Part shown: positions 28,701-36,252 of the stretch, piece after piece
Layout: each line of letters begins with the position of its first letter
How positions within the stretch are numbered: the stretch's first letter is position 1
DNA from: Bacteroidetes bacterium GWA2_40_15
Lineage (GTDB): Bacteria; Bacteroidota; Bacteroidia; Bacteroidales; VadinHA17
Reading direction: 5' to 3'
Assembly: GCA_001768195.1 (NCBI GenBank)
Contig: MENI01000097.1
Coordinates: 73,198 to 137,197, forward strand
DNA: 64,000 bases
Program-made: the position numbers and the translations under genes
The notes under the pieces: model-generated
What the model was told of the DNA's origin: nothing
The model's database searches: none
Seen by the model: the letters and a program-made list of their open reading frames with translations, nothing else

Positions 28701-30463
28701 TCAGGGATACTTGCCAGTCGCGATTCAATTTCAGCAACAACCGCATCACTCTTTTCAAGTGTTGATCCGCCAGGCATTGTCACTGAAAGCCTGAAGGTAG
28801 GTGCTTCAACCTCCTGTGTTGAGCTGAGGCTTAAAGTAAGGCTTATAAGAAGCGCTGTAAAAAACAGGACAAGGGTTCCTATTATTGTTGATGCAGGGTT
28901 TCTCATGCCGGCTTTCAGTATAAGATAATAGCCCTGTATCAGCCGGTCGTTTATTGTAAGTTTTTTAAATATCTCAGATTTTTGCCCTGATGATCTTTTC
29001 AGAAGATAAAATGTTGCCATCGGAATAAAGAACATGGCAATGGCAAGGGAAATGGTAAGGGTAGAAATAATTGAAACGCCAATATTCTTTCCTATAATCT
29101 TTACCATGAAATTATCAGAGAAGATGAAGGGGAAGAAAACAATCAGCGTTGTGACCGTTGCTGCAAAGACTGATCTCCAGACCTCTGTTGTTCCTTGTTT
29201 TACAGCAGTTTCAGGAGTATAATCCTTGCCTGCAAGACGATAAATATTTTCGAGTACCACCACTGAATTATCAACCAGCATCCCAATGGCAAGTGCCATT
29301 CCGATAAGGGTGAGACTGTTTATTGTGATACCGTAAGCATAGAAGAAGTTAAAGGCAGAATAAACCGAAACAGGAATGGCAATTGCAATAATGGTGACAA
29401 GCCTTATATTTCTAAGGAACAGCCACAATATCAATACTGCCATTAACCCTCCTGATATGGCAAGGTTGATGATCTGGGCAATATTTTTCTCCATTATCCC
29501 GGCAGTGTTATTCTGCACAACAATCATTACCCCTTCAGGGGCCAGTTTGCTGTTCAGTTTATCCACCTGTTTCAGCGCTTCATGTGAAAGATCAATCAGA
29601 TTGGCCTGGTTGTCATTCACAAGGGTTATTGTTACGGCATCAAGTCCGTTAACCCTGCTGAATGATGTTCGTTCCTTGGCTCCGAAAATTATTTCTGCTA
29701 CATCACCAAGAAGAACAGGCCCCTCATTTTTAACAATAATTTTACCTATATCTTTTACATCAGTGTACTCGGATATTATATTTACAAACAATTCTCTGTC
29801 TCCGTCAACAACTTTACCAGCAAATGTCTTATCGGCTCCGTTATTGTTAAGAAGGCTTCGTACCTGTCCTATTGAAATCCCTATTGCCTTGCATGCCTTC
29901 TCGTTAAGCCTTACTTCTATCGAGTTCTCCTTTCCCCCGTAAACCTGCACTCCGGCAATGCCGTCAATATTCTCAAACTCAGGTTTTATTTCACGGTCGG
30001 CAATGTTTCTTATGCGGTCGATACCGCCCTCGCCTCTTACCTGCAGCTCCATGAACTGGTTTGTAAGCTGCTTAAGATCGATTTTTATTACATTGATAAT
30101 GAAATCTTCCGGGATTGAATTTTTGACAATATCTATTTTCTCACGGAGCTTAAGATTGGCATACTTGAGATCGGCATTCTGATTATAGTAAATTACAACA
30201 GTACCGTATCTGGAGGAGATGTTTGATTCGATCTTTTCAATACCCTCAAGTGTTCCAATTGCCCCTTCAATTGGTATAATTGCCTGGGATTCAATATAGG
30301 AAGGATCCATTTCAAGAGGGGTGGCGACCTGCACTATCAGGGCAGGCAGTTCTGCATTTGGAAAAAGTTCGACCGACAGTTTCCTGTATGATACATAGCC
30401 AAGCATCGTCAGCCCTGCAAAGAGCATTATGATAAGAATCCTTCTTTTAATTAAAAAATCCAT
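25700..30463 (-). CDS. Fusion protein: AcrB/HAE-type RND efflux permease (aa 1-~1032), six extra TM helices (aa ~1033-1266) and an ABC transporter ATP-binding domain (aa ~1267-1587)
   Basis: Single 1587-codon ORF. RND hallmarks are the N-terminal LSVELFPNAELP, TM4 GMLVDNSVVVLEN and TM11 ARLRPVLITAATT. NBD hallmarks are Walker A GPNGAGKT (26480-26503), Q-loop YLPQE, signature YSGGMKQR, Walker B ILVVDEPTAGLD and H-loop STHII. Confidence 0.85.
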   Translation of the reverse strand: MDFLIKRRILIIMLFAGLTMLGYVSYRKLSVELFPNAELPALIVQVATPLEMDPSYIESQAIIPIEGAIGTLEGIEKIESNISSRYGTVVIYYNQNADLKYANLKLREKIDIVKNSIPEDFIINVIKIDLKQLTNQFMELQVRGEGGIDRIRNIADREIKPEFENIDGIAGVQVYGGKENSIEVRLNEKACKAIGISIGQVRSLLNNNGADKTFAGKVVDGDRELFVNIISEYTDVKDIGKIIVKNEGPVLLGDVAEIIFGAKERTSFSRVNGLDAVTITLVNDNQANLIDLSHEALKQVDKLNSKLAPEGVMIVVQNNTAGIMEKNIAQIINLAISGGLMAVLILWLFLRNIRLVTIIAIAIPVSVYSAFNFFYAYGITINSLTLIGMALAIGMLVDNSVVVLENIYRLAGKDYTPETAVKQGTTEVWRSVFAATVTTLIVFFPFIFSDNFMVKIIGKNIGVSIISTLTISLAIAMFFIPMATFYLLKRSSGQKSEIFKKLTINDRLIQGYYLILKAGMRNPASTIIGTLVLFFTALLISLTLSLSSTQEVEAPTFRLSVTMPGGSTLEKSDAVVAEIESRLASIPEKEDIVCRIEENQATVTINLLKEWDKSSKRTLPEIKNDIEQKVKNISSAEISMNELSTGGGFTGGGGGENYNPGADFMNLLGIGSEKESVIIKGQNFNQMKNLADDIKSYLEGLSTISSSSVNVQDNKPEVRLIFDMDYMGRNNFTLMNLSAALATFSREYSSGATFRQGSESYDIMIKYPDKENLSDRAVEKSIDDLKRMEVTGNNGSVMEMEELASIVFSSGMGNIHRENQEKRVTVTYTFNDEIRNSKDLLAGARSDIESIVSGLNIPAGIAVEIVHEENQLKDFYYLIGVSFLLIYMVLAAVFESVVTPVVLMFSIPLAALGSLIALILTQNSLLNANTLTGFLILLGVVVNNGIILIDYTNILRKRGYRSHRALMMAGMARLRPVLITAATTVVALIPLAMGQAEFVSVIGASFAITVIGGLTLSTLLTLVFIPTFYTGLENALKWILSLNWKIKVLQIIILSISIYLIYSNIDKFIWKIILTLLVVILIPAATWFILKSLKKARETVIPADENINIYVQSLVKIYDRENRWTREWKAGARIRKKLGLEKEYKSSGDLKEFLWQIPLLGFMIYFTYFFLSKGFWIFIFTIITWFFLSAIWTSLRKLLAYKSMNGEKIWIKRISGIIEILIFWMIPLADLAWFQLRWDNLAVVLILGFIWFMSLFIYKTGQKLTKENIDIYRLEGRFRNIRKTIYKIVAAVPLIGRKKKPFKALSCVSMNIGNGMFGLLGPNGAGKTTLMRIICGILEQSYGKVWINGLDTQKMREELQGLIGYLPQEFGSYENMTAHEYLHYQAMLKNITDVKTREERVTYVLQAVHMEERRHEKIGSYSGGMKQRMGIALILLHLPRILVVDEPTAGLDPRERIRFRNLLVELSRERVVIFSTHIIEDISSSCNQVAVLNKGKLRYLGKPIEMTRKAEGHVWQHVIPAAEFSEFVDSHLVVNHMSDGDNVRVRVISGSSPGKGARPVTPSLEDAYLWLLRGHESQNNIKNHIAG

Positions 30464-30473
30464 TCTTTATGCT

Positions 30474-33400
30474 TTATGAAACCCTGCCGGCATCTTCTTT
30501 GAAATTTCCTGTGCCCGTGAACCATTTGCTGAAGCTATCGAATACCCAGTATACGCATGGGATCAAAATCAGTGTTAGTAAAGTGGAGGAGACCAGACCT
30601 CCTATGACAGCAAGGGCCATAGGCGATCTGAGTGAAGCACTTTCTCCTAACCCGATTGTAAGGGGTAGAAGAGCAAGTATTGTAGTAAGACTTGTCATCA
30701 GTATGGGTCTGATCCTCTGTGTGCCTGCAAGGATGATTGCATCCTTCTTTGGTATCCCGCTTTCTCTCAGGCGGTTGATCCTGTCGATCAGAAGGATTGA
30801 ATTATTGACCGCTATTCCTCCAAGCATTATTATTCCTATATATGCCATCATATTCATAGGTTTTCCCAGCAGGAAGAATATCAGAACAGATCCTGCCCCT
30901 GCAAGGGGTATTGTAAGCATTATCACAAATGGCTGTATAACAGACTCAAACTGTGCAGCCAGTACCATAAAGACGAGGATAAGGGAGAGCATCAGGGCGA
31001 ACGAAAGATCTGAAACTGACTCTTTTCTTTTAAGCTCCTCACCGGTAAATTCTATTTTATAGTCAACAGGAAGAGATATAGATTTAAGCGATGATTCTGC
31101 TTCACTTACTACCTTGTCAAGCGGCGATCCGCTTTTTACCATGGCATAGATATAACATGTTCTTGCCTGGTTCCTTCTTGTTATCTCCCTCGGACTTATT
31201 ACAGTTCTGATGTCTGCAATATCACTCAGTGGCACCTTTATTGCACCTGCATTGATCATCATATCACTCAGGCTCAGAATAGAGAGATCTCCAAGCCTGA
31301 TGGTTATGTCCTTCATCTCGCCCTCCTTTTCGAAACTACCTGCAGATGATCCTGATAAATAACCTTTTACCTGATTTATGATGCTTTCAACAGTTACACC
31401 ATAATAGCTCGTTTTAAACCTGTCAACGGATACTTCAACCTCCGGAGTTCCCTCATCAATGGAGGTAGTAATGTTATAAAGGCCGGTATTGGTTTCGAGA
31501 ATAACTCTACATTCATTAATAATTCTTTCAAGTTCGGAATAATCATCTCCGGAAATTTCCAGTACAAACGGGGCTTTACTGGTCCCCAGTGATGACTGCA
31601 GGGCCGTTTCTTCCCTGGTAAATCCTGCTTCCATATCAGGAATGGTTTTAAGCCATTTTTCAATAGAGGATATAGCCTCACCGGTGATTGAAGCAGACTC
31701 ATCACCCATAATTACTTTTATTGATGATGTATTTTCTCCTCTTGATTGTCCTGCCTGGCTGAATGAAGAGTTTTTATCACTGCCTGCCTGGCTGTATATC
31801 ATTCTGACCTTATCTCCCAGCATCTCTTTTATTATATTTTCAGTGCTGGCTGTTGTCCGTTCTGTGAGTTGAAGGCCGGTTCCTTCAGGAAGCTTAATAT
31901 TAACGGTAAATTCAGGTGATTCTGACCTTGGCATGAATTCGCTTCCGAGATGGGGGATCAGCAAAGCGGAACCGGTCATTATAATTACAGAAACTATAAT
32001 TACTGTTATTCTTTTCACAATAACTGCTTCAAGAAACCTGCCGTACCAGTTGAATTTGAATACAGGCGGAGTTTTAGTGTTTTTATTTTTATCGGGAAAT
32101 AGCACAGAAACGAGCATCGGGATCACAAGCATGGCGACCACCAGGGAGGAAAGAAGCGAAAATGCAACGGTCCAGGCCTGGTCCTTGAACATTTCACCCG
32201 ATGCTCCATGAAGGTAAACTATAGGAAGAAATACAACAATCGTTGTGATTGTCGATGAGGTTATTGCTGCTCCTACCTCTCCTGTACCCCGTGTAACTGA
32301 TTCAACAAAAGGCACACCTTCCTCCCGAAGCCTGGAAATGTTTTCCAGCACAACTATTGCATTGTCAACAAGCATGCCGGCTCCCAGGGCAAGTCCTCCG
32401 AGAGTCATTATATTTAATGTGAGATGGTTGAAGTACATCAGGTTGAAGGTGGCAATTATTGAGATAGGGATAGCTATACTGATAACCAGTGTTGCTCCTA
32501 TCCTTCTCAGAAATACATATAGAATGACAACAGCCAGAAGTATACCGATAATAAGTGTGTTCTTCACCTCACCTATGGCCTTGTTAATATAGTTCCCCTG
32601 GTCGTGGACTTTAACAAATTTGTATCCCGGCAGCACTTTTTCAAGATCTGTAATTGCTTTATCGAGGCTCTTCACAACATCTACAGTGATGAATTTGGGC
32701 TCTTTGTATATCGAAAGCCCTATGCAGCGTTCGCCATTAAGAGTAACTATGTTTTCAGGATCCTTATTGGCAAATCCGATAGTTGCAATATCTTTCAGGT
32801 ATACGGGCACCCTTGAAGAAAGGGCCGGTTGGGATGAACTTATCCCTGATAATGAACCGGTTGTTGAAGTCTCTTTGAATCCTACTATTATGTTTCCGAG
32901 GTCTTCAATATCTTCAAGGACACTTACGCCCTTTACAATATATTTGAGTCCCATGTCTACTATTGATCCCCCGGAAACGTTCCTGTTATAATTGCTGATC
33001 TGTGCAGCAATTCCTTCTGTTGTCAGACCAAATGATTCCAGCAGGTATCTGTTTGTTTCGATTACAACTTCACTTTCATCTGTTCCTGTTAGTTTCACAT
33101 CGGCAACACCCTCAATCCTTACAAGCTCATTCCTGATATAGTTTTCTGCTGTTTTCCTGAGATCATCCATATTGATTATGTTCTCATTTTTCAGAGCAAT
33201 GGTCATAACAGGAACGGCATTCGGGTCATACTGTGAAATAGTAAAATCCTCGATATCCGAATTCTGGCTGAATGAGTTAAGCTCTTTCTGAAGATCAAGG
33301 AATGCTTCATCCATATCCTTGTTCCAGTCGTACTCAACAGTTATGGTAGCAAGTCCTGCCTGTGATACAGAGGAGACCTCAATAACATCACTTTGCCTCA

Positions 33401-33617
33401 TTGCCAGTGACTCTATCTGATCTACATAGTTCTTCTCAATCTCTTCAGGAGGTCGCTCCCCTGCCTTGAGTTCGATGTAAATTTTCGGATTGTTAAGATC
33501 AGGGAACAGGTCGGTACCAAGTTTGCCAAAAGAGATATAACCAAGCAGTACAACCCCCAGTACCAGCATCAGTACCGTGACCGGATATTTTACAGCAAAT
33601 TGTGCAATACGGTTCAT
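30474..33617 (-). CDS. RND efflux transporter permease subunit (AcrB/HAE1-like), paralogue A
   Basis: 1047 aa, 12-TM RND architecture. Motifs: FAVKYPVTVLMLVLGVVLLGYISFGKLGTDLFPD, TM4 GMLVDNAIVVLEN, TM11 QRIRPILMTSL. Confidence 0.9.
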   Translation of the reverse strand: MNRIAQFAVKYPVTVLMLVLGVVLLGYISFGKLGTDLFPDLNNPKIYIELKAGERPPEEIEKNYVDQIESLAMRQSDVIEVSSVSQAGLATITVEYDWNKDMDEAFLDLQKELNSFSQNSDIEDFTISQYDPNAVPVMTIALKNENIINMDDLRKTAENYIRNELVRIEGVADVKLTGTDESEVVIETNRYLLESFGLTTEGIAAQISNYNRNVSGGSIVDMGLKYIVKGVSVLEDIEDLGNIIVGFKETSTTGSLSGISSSQPALSSRVPVYLKDIATIGFANKDPENIVTLNGERCIGLSIYKEPKFITVDVVKSLDKAITDLEKVLPGYKFVKVHDQGNYINKAIGEVKNTLIIGILLAVVILYVFLRRIGATLVISIAIPISIIATFNLMYFNHLTLNIMTLGGLALGAGMLVDNAIVVLENISRLREEGVPFVESVTRGTGEVGAAITSSTITTIVVFLPIVYLHGASGEMFKDQAWTVAFSLLSSLVVAMLVIPMLVSVLFPDKNKNTKTPPVFKFNWYGRFLEAVIVKRITVIIVSVIIMTGSALLIPHLGSEFMPRSESPEFTVNIKLPEGTGLQLTERTTASTENIIKEMLGDKVRMIYSQAGSDKNSSFSQAGQSRGENTSSIKVIMGDESASITGEAISSIEKWLKTIPDMEAGFTREETALQSSLGTSKAPFVLEISGDDYSELERIINECRVILETNTGLYNITTSIDEGTPEVEVSVDRFKTSYYGVTVESIINQVKGYLSGSSAGSFEKEGEMKDITIRLGDLSILSLSDMMINAGAIKVPLSDIADIRTVISPREITRRNQARTCYIYAMVKSGSPLDKVVSEAESSLKSISLPVDYKIEFTGEELKRKESVSDLSFALMLSLILVFMVLAAQFESVIQPFVIMLTIPLAGAGSVLIFFLLGKPMNMMAYIGIIMLGGIAVNNSILLIDRINRLRESGIPKKDAIILAGTQRIRPILMTSLTTILALLPLTIGLGESASLRSPMALAVIGGLVSSTLLTLILIPCVYWVFDSFSKWFTGTGNFKEDAGRVS

Positions 33618-33622
33618 TTCTG

Positions 33623-34675
33623 TTACTTAATTATTTTTACCTTCGATTTGTTGCTGAGCGTTTCAAAGCCGCTTGTTACAATTCGTTCATTCCGGGTCAC
33701 TCCCCTTGTAACTTCTACTTCAGTGATATTCTCCAGACCGGTCTCAATAATTCTCTCTGAAGCAATCCCTCTGTCGACAACAAATACGGTTTTTCCTCTC
33801 TGGCGGGACAGGATAATGTTTTTCGGGATCACAATTACAGAATCCTTCCGGTTAACCAGAATATCCACCCGTACAAACATGCCAGGTCTGAGAAGCAGGC
33901 CGGGATTATTAACTTGTATATTGCCCCTGAATGTGCGGGTATCAGGATTGATGGCAGGGGAGAGCTGAGTTATGCTTCCATTGATAGTATCGTCGGGAAT
34001 TGTATAGTTTGTCAGCTGCACTTTCTGTCCAGGCCTGATGGCAGAAATATATTTCTCCGGTAACTGAACATCGAGATACATAATATTGTAATCCATTATT
34101 TTAACAATTGATGAACCGGTTTCTACCTGGCTGCCCTGAGTATAATAATTAAGGTCTACTATTACTCCGTCAATTGGTGATGTTATTCTTGTTTTCTCAA
34201 GCTGGAGCCTCGAATTTTCTGCTGTGGTTTTGGCATTGCTGTAGTTGATACTGGCAGTTTTGAGTTCCCTGAGTGTAACCCCGCCTTTTTCGTATAGAGA
34301 TTCCTGTTTTCTGAGTTCACTCTCCATGAGCTCCATATTGAGCTCATTGGTCTCGAGCTGAATTGAATTTACATACTCCTTGTCTTCCAGCCTTGCTATG
34401 AGAGACCCTGCTCTGACTTTATCGCCCAGCTGCCAGTTTCTGCCTGTTGCGGGATTTTTCTCAAGATAATATGAAGCGGTTATTTTAGATTTGAGTACAA
34501 TATCGCCCTTTGGGTAAACAGTACCGGTTGTGCTGACATATTCGCCTATATGTTTTAGTTTTATATCCTCAACAGATACCGGTATTTCAACATCGGCATT
34601 CAGATTCTGTTCATTGTTTCTGCAGGAGTAAAATACTGCTAAGAACAGGGTTAAGATGAAAAATCCTTTTTTCAT
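33623..34675 (-). CDS. RND efflux periplasmic adaptor (membrane fusion protein, HlyD family) lipoprotein
   Basis: 350 aa with a lipobox-like FLAVFYSC signal, a coiled-coil hairpin region and beta-barrel/MP domains typical of MFPs. It lies directly upstream of the RND genes. Confidence 0.85.
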   Translation of the reverse strand: MKKGFFILTLFLAVFYSCRNNEQNLNADVEIPVSVEDIKLKHIGEYVSTTGTVYPKGDIVLKSKITASYYLEKNPATGRNWQLGDKVRAGSLIARLEDKEYVNSIQLETNELNMELMESELRKQESLYEKGGVTLRELKTASINYSNAKTTAENSRLQLEKTRITSPIDGVIVDLNYYTQGSQVETGSSIVKIMDYNIMYLDVQLPEKYISAIRPGQKVQLTNYTIPDDTINGSITQLSPAINPDTRTFRGNIQVNNPGLLLRPGMFVRVDILVNRKDSVIVIPKNIILSRQRGKTVFVVDRGIASERIIETGLENITEVEVTRGVTRNERIVTSGFETLSNKSKVKIIK

Positions 34676-34686
34676 GTGTTTAAATT

Positions 34687-36183
34687 TTAATTTTTTCCTT
34701 TTAATGTCATTACAGGGGATACCGGCGCTTTCTTCTCAAAATCATATAGTGTCTGAATTTTAAGATTAAGGAGCTCAAGTTTATATGAAATAAGTGAATT
34801 GGTATATGATAACTGTTTCTCAGAGAGTTGGTTCTGGAAGATGTTAAGGTCCATGCCAGTAAGATCTCCGTTTTTATATTTTTCCAGATTAAGATCGTAT
34901 GTAAGCTGGGCATTCGTAACGGACTGACGGGCGATTTCAATCTGATTCTGAAGATTAAGAAGGTTCCTGTAAATTTTCCTGATACCGAGAATTATATTGT
35001 TCTGTTCCTCCTCAAATGAAATATTAGCCGATTCTATAGATGCCTGCGTTGCCTTTATCCTGGCTTTCCTTTCACCCCAGTCCCAGAGAGGTATTGACAG
35101 GGAAAGTGCTACAGATTCATTATCTGTGGGATTTTCATAAAGGTTTTCAAGATTTTCATTGTCTCCGAATATACCGAAAGTAAGTCCCAGATTTCCCTTA
35201 AACTCGTTGAGAGCCTTGGTCTGTATAAGATCGAATTGTGTAAACTCAATATCTATTTCGCGCTGACGCAGTTCCATCCTGTTGGCTAGTCCCTGGTCAA
35301 TGGCGAAGGATATATCAACTGCAACAGTATCTACTGCGATATTTGGCAAAACAATGATGTCATCAAAGAGGCTTATTCCAACAAGGAGTTTGAAATCGTC
35401 CTTTGCATTTTCAAGTGAAACAAGTGCATTCTCATAATCCGATTTCGTTGTTGCAAGGTTCAGTTCAGCCTGGAACATCTCCTCCCTGGCTGAGATACCG
35501 GCATCGACCTTATTCTTTGATACCTCATGGCTCCTCTGCATATTCTGATATGCCTGTGAGGCAATGTCGAGACTCTGCTGCTGCTGATATACATAATAGA
35601 AAGCCTGGGCCACCTGTCGTTCGAGGGCAAGAAGCTGAATGGCATAATTTAACTGAGAGGTTTCAAGGGCAAGCTCCAGTTCTTTAAGTGTAAGCTTTGT
35701 TCTGTTATAGGTGAACAATGGCTGTTCGAGGCGGACTGACAGGTTGTTGTTGAATCCTTTGGTTGTAGTGCCGGAGTACTCACTGTAGGAGTCTGTATAA
35801 CCAAACTTGTTAGTGAGAGAGATCCTTGCATCTGTTAGCTTTATAGGTTGCATAATGGAAAAACTGGCATTACTTTCAGTTGCCTGGTAGGTATTATAGT
35901 CAGATATAAGGTTGTTGAACTCACGGCTCTGAGTGTAGCTGAAAGGATTCAGAGTCAATGCGAACTGCGACTTCAGAGCGGCATTCTGAGCATTCAGGTT
36001 CTCCTGACTTCTGATAAGGTTCAGCCTGGTTTTTTTCATTGAAGGACTGTTTATCTCGGCAGTGTTTAATGCCTGTTCGAGTGTAAACCCCTGTTGCGAA
36101 AAAACTGATATGTTAAGTACAGATAGCAACACGATGTATATTAGTTGCAGTCTGATTATCATTACTAAGCGTTTCATATTCAT
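34687..36183 (-). CDS. TolC-family outer membrane efflux protein
   Basis: About 498 aa with the signal MKRLVMII...VFSQQ and two repeats of the TolC helix/strand pattern (LTLEQAL, NLNAQNAALKSQF...). I prefer the ATG at 36183/36177 over the ORF-track GTG at 36237, which lies in a repeat tract. Confidence 0.85.
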   Translation of the reverse strand: MNMKRLVMIIRLQLIYIVLLSVLNISVFSQQGFTLEQALNTAEINSPSMKKTRLNLIRSQENLNAQNAALKSQFALTLNPFSYTQSREFNNLISDYNTYQATESNASFSIMQPIKLTDARISLTNKFGYTDSYSEYSGTTTKGFNNNLSVRLEQPLFTYNRTKLTLKELELALETSQLNYAIQLLALERQVAQAFYYVYQQQQSLDIASQAYQNMQRSHEVSKNKVDAGISAREEMFQAELNLATTKSDYENALVSLENAKDDFKLLVGISLFDDIIVLPNIAVDTVAVDISFAIDQGLANRMELRQREIDIEFTQFDLIQTKALNEFKGNLGLTFGIFGDNENLENLYENPTDNESVALSLSIPLWDWGERKARIKATQASIESANISFEEEQNNIILGIRKIYRNLLNLQNQIEIARQSVTNAQLTYDLNLEKYKNGDLTGMDLNIFQNQLSEKQLSYTNSLISYKLELLNLKIQTLYDFEKKAPVSPVMTLKGKN

Positions 36184-36224
36184 TCGATTATCTTTTATTT
36201 TTGTCTTTATATCTCCTCGTCTTT

Positions 36225-36252
36225 CCTCACACCTCACCCCTCACTCCTCACT
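36225..36252 (-). repeat. Tandem heptamer tract, 4 x CCTCACN (GTGAGG on the coding strand)
   Basis: Perfect CCTCAC cores at 36225, 36232, 36239 and 36246 (7-nt period), with degenerate copies extending to about 36262. The tract spans the stop codon (36248-36250) of the 1149-aa gene and the spacer before the TolC-like gene. Confidence 0.7.

Noticed and set aside
30469-31062. 197-aa plus-strand ORF, and many similar 60-190-aa ORFs in the track (for example 12920-13402, 13759-14184, 15627-16055, 28515-28928, 29376-29942, 32245-32592, 33600-33968, 50365-50877).
   Set aside because: All lie antisense or out of frame inside long, well-supported genes (RND, infB, nusA, the permease). Their translations are low-complexity Ser/Leu/Ile-rich strings typical of shadow ORFs, and none has its own promoter-like or spacing context.
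36184-36237. N-terminal extension of the TolC-like ORF from the GTG at 36237 (MRCEERRGDIKTKIKDNR...).
   Set aside because: The extension is a translation of the GTGAGG heptamer tract and precedes a normal signal peptide that starts at MKRLVMII. The ATG at 36183/36177 is the more plausible start.
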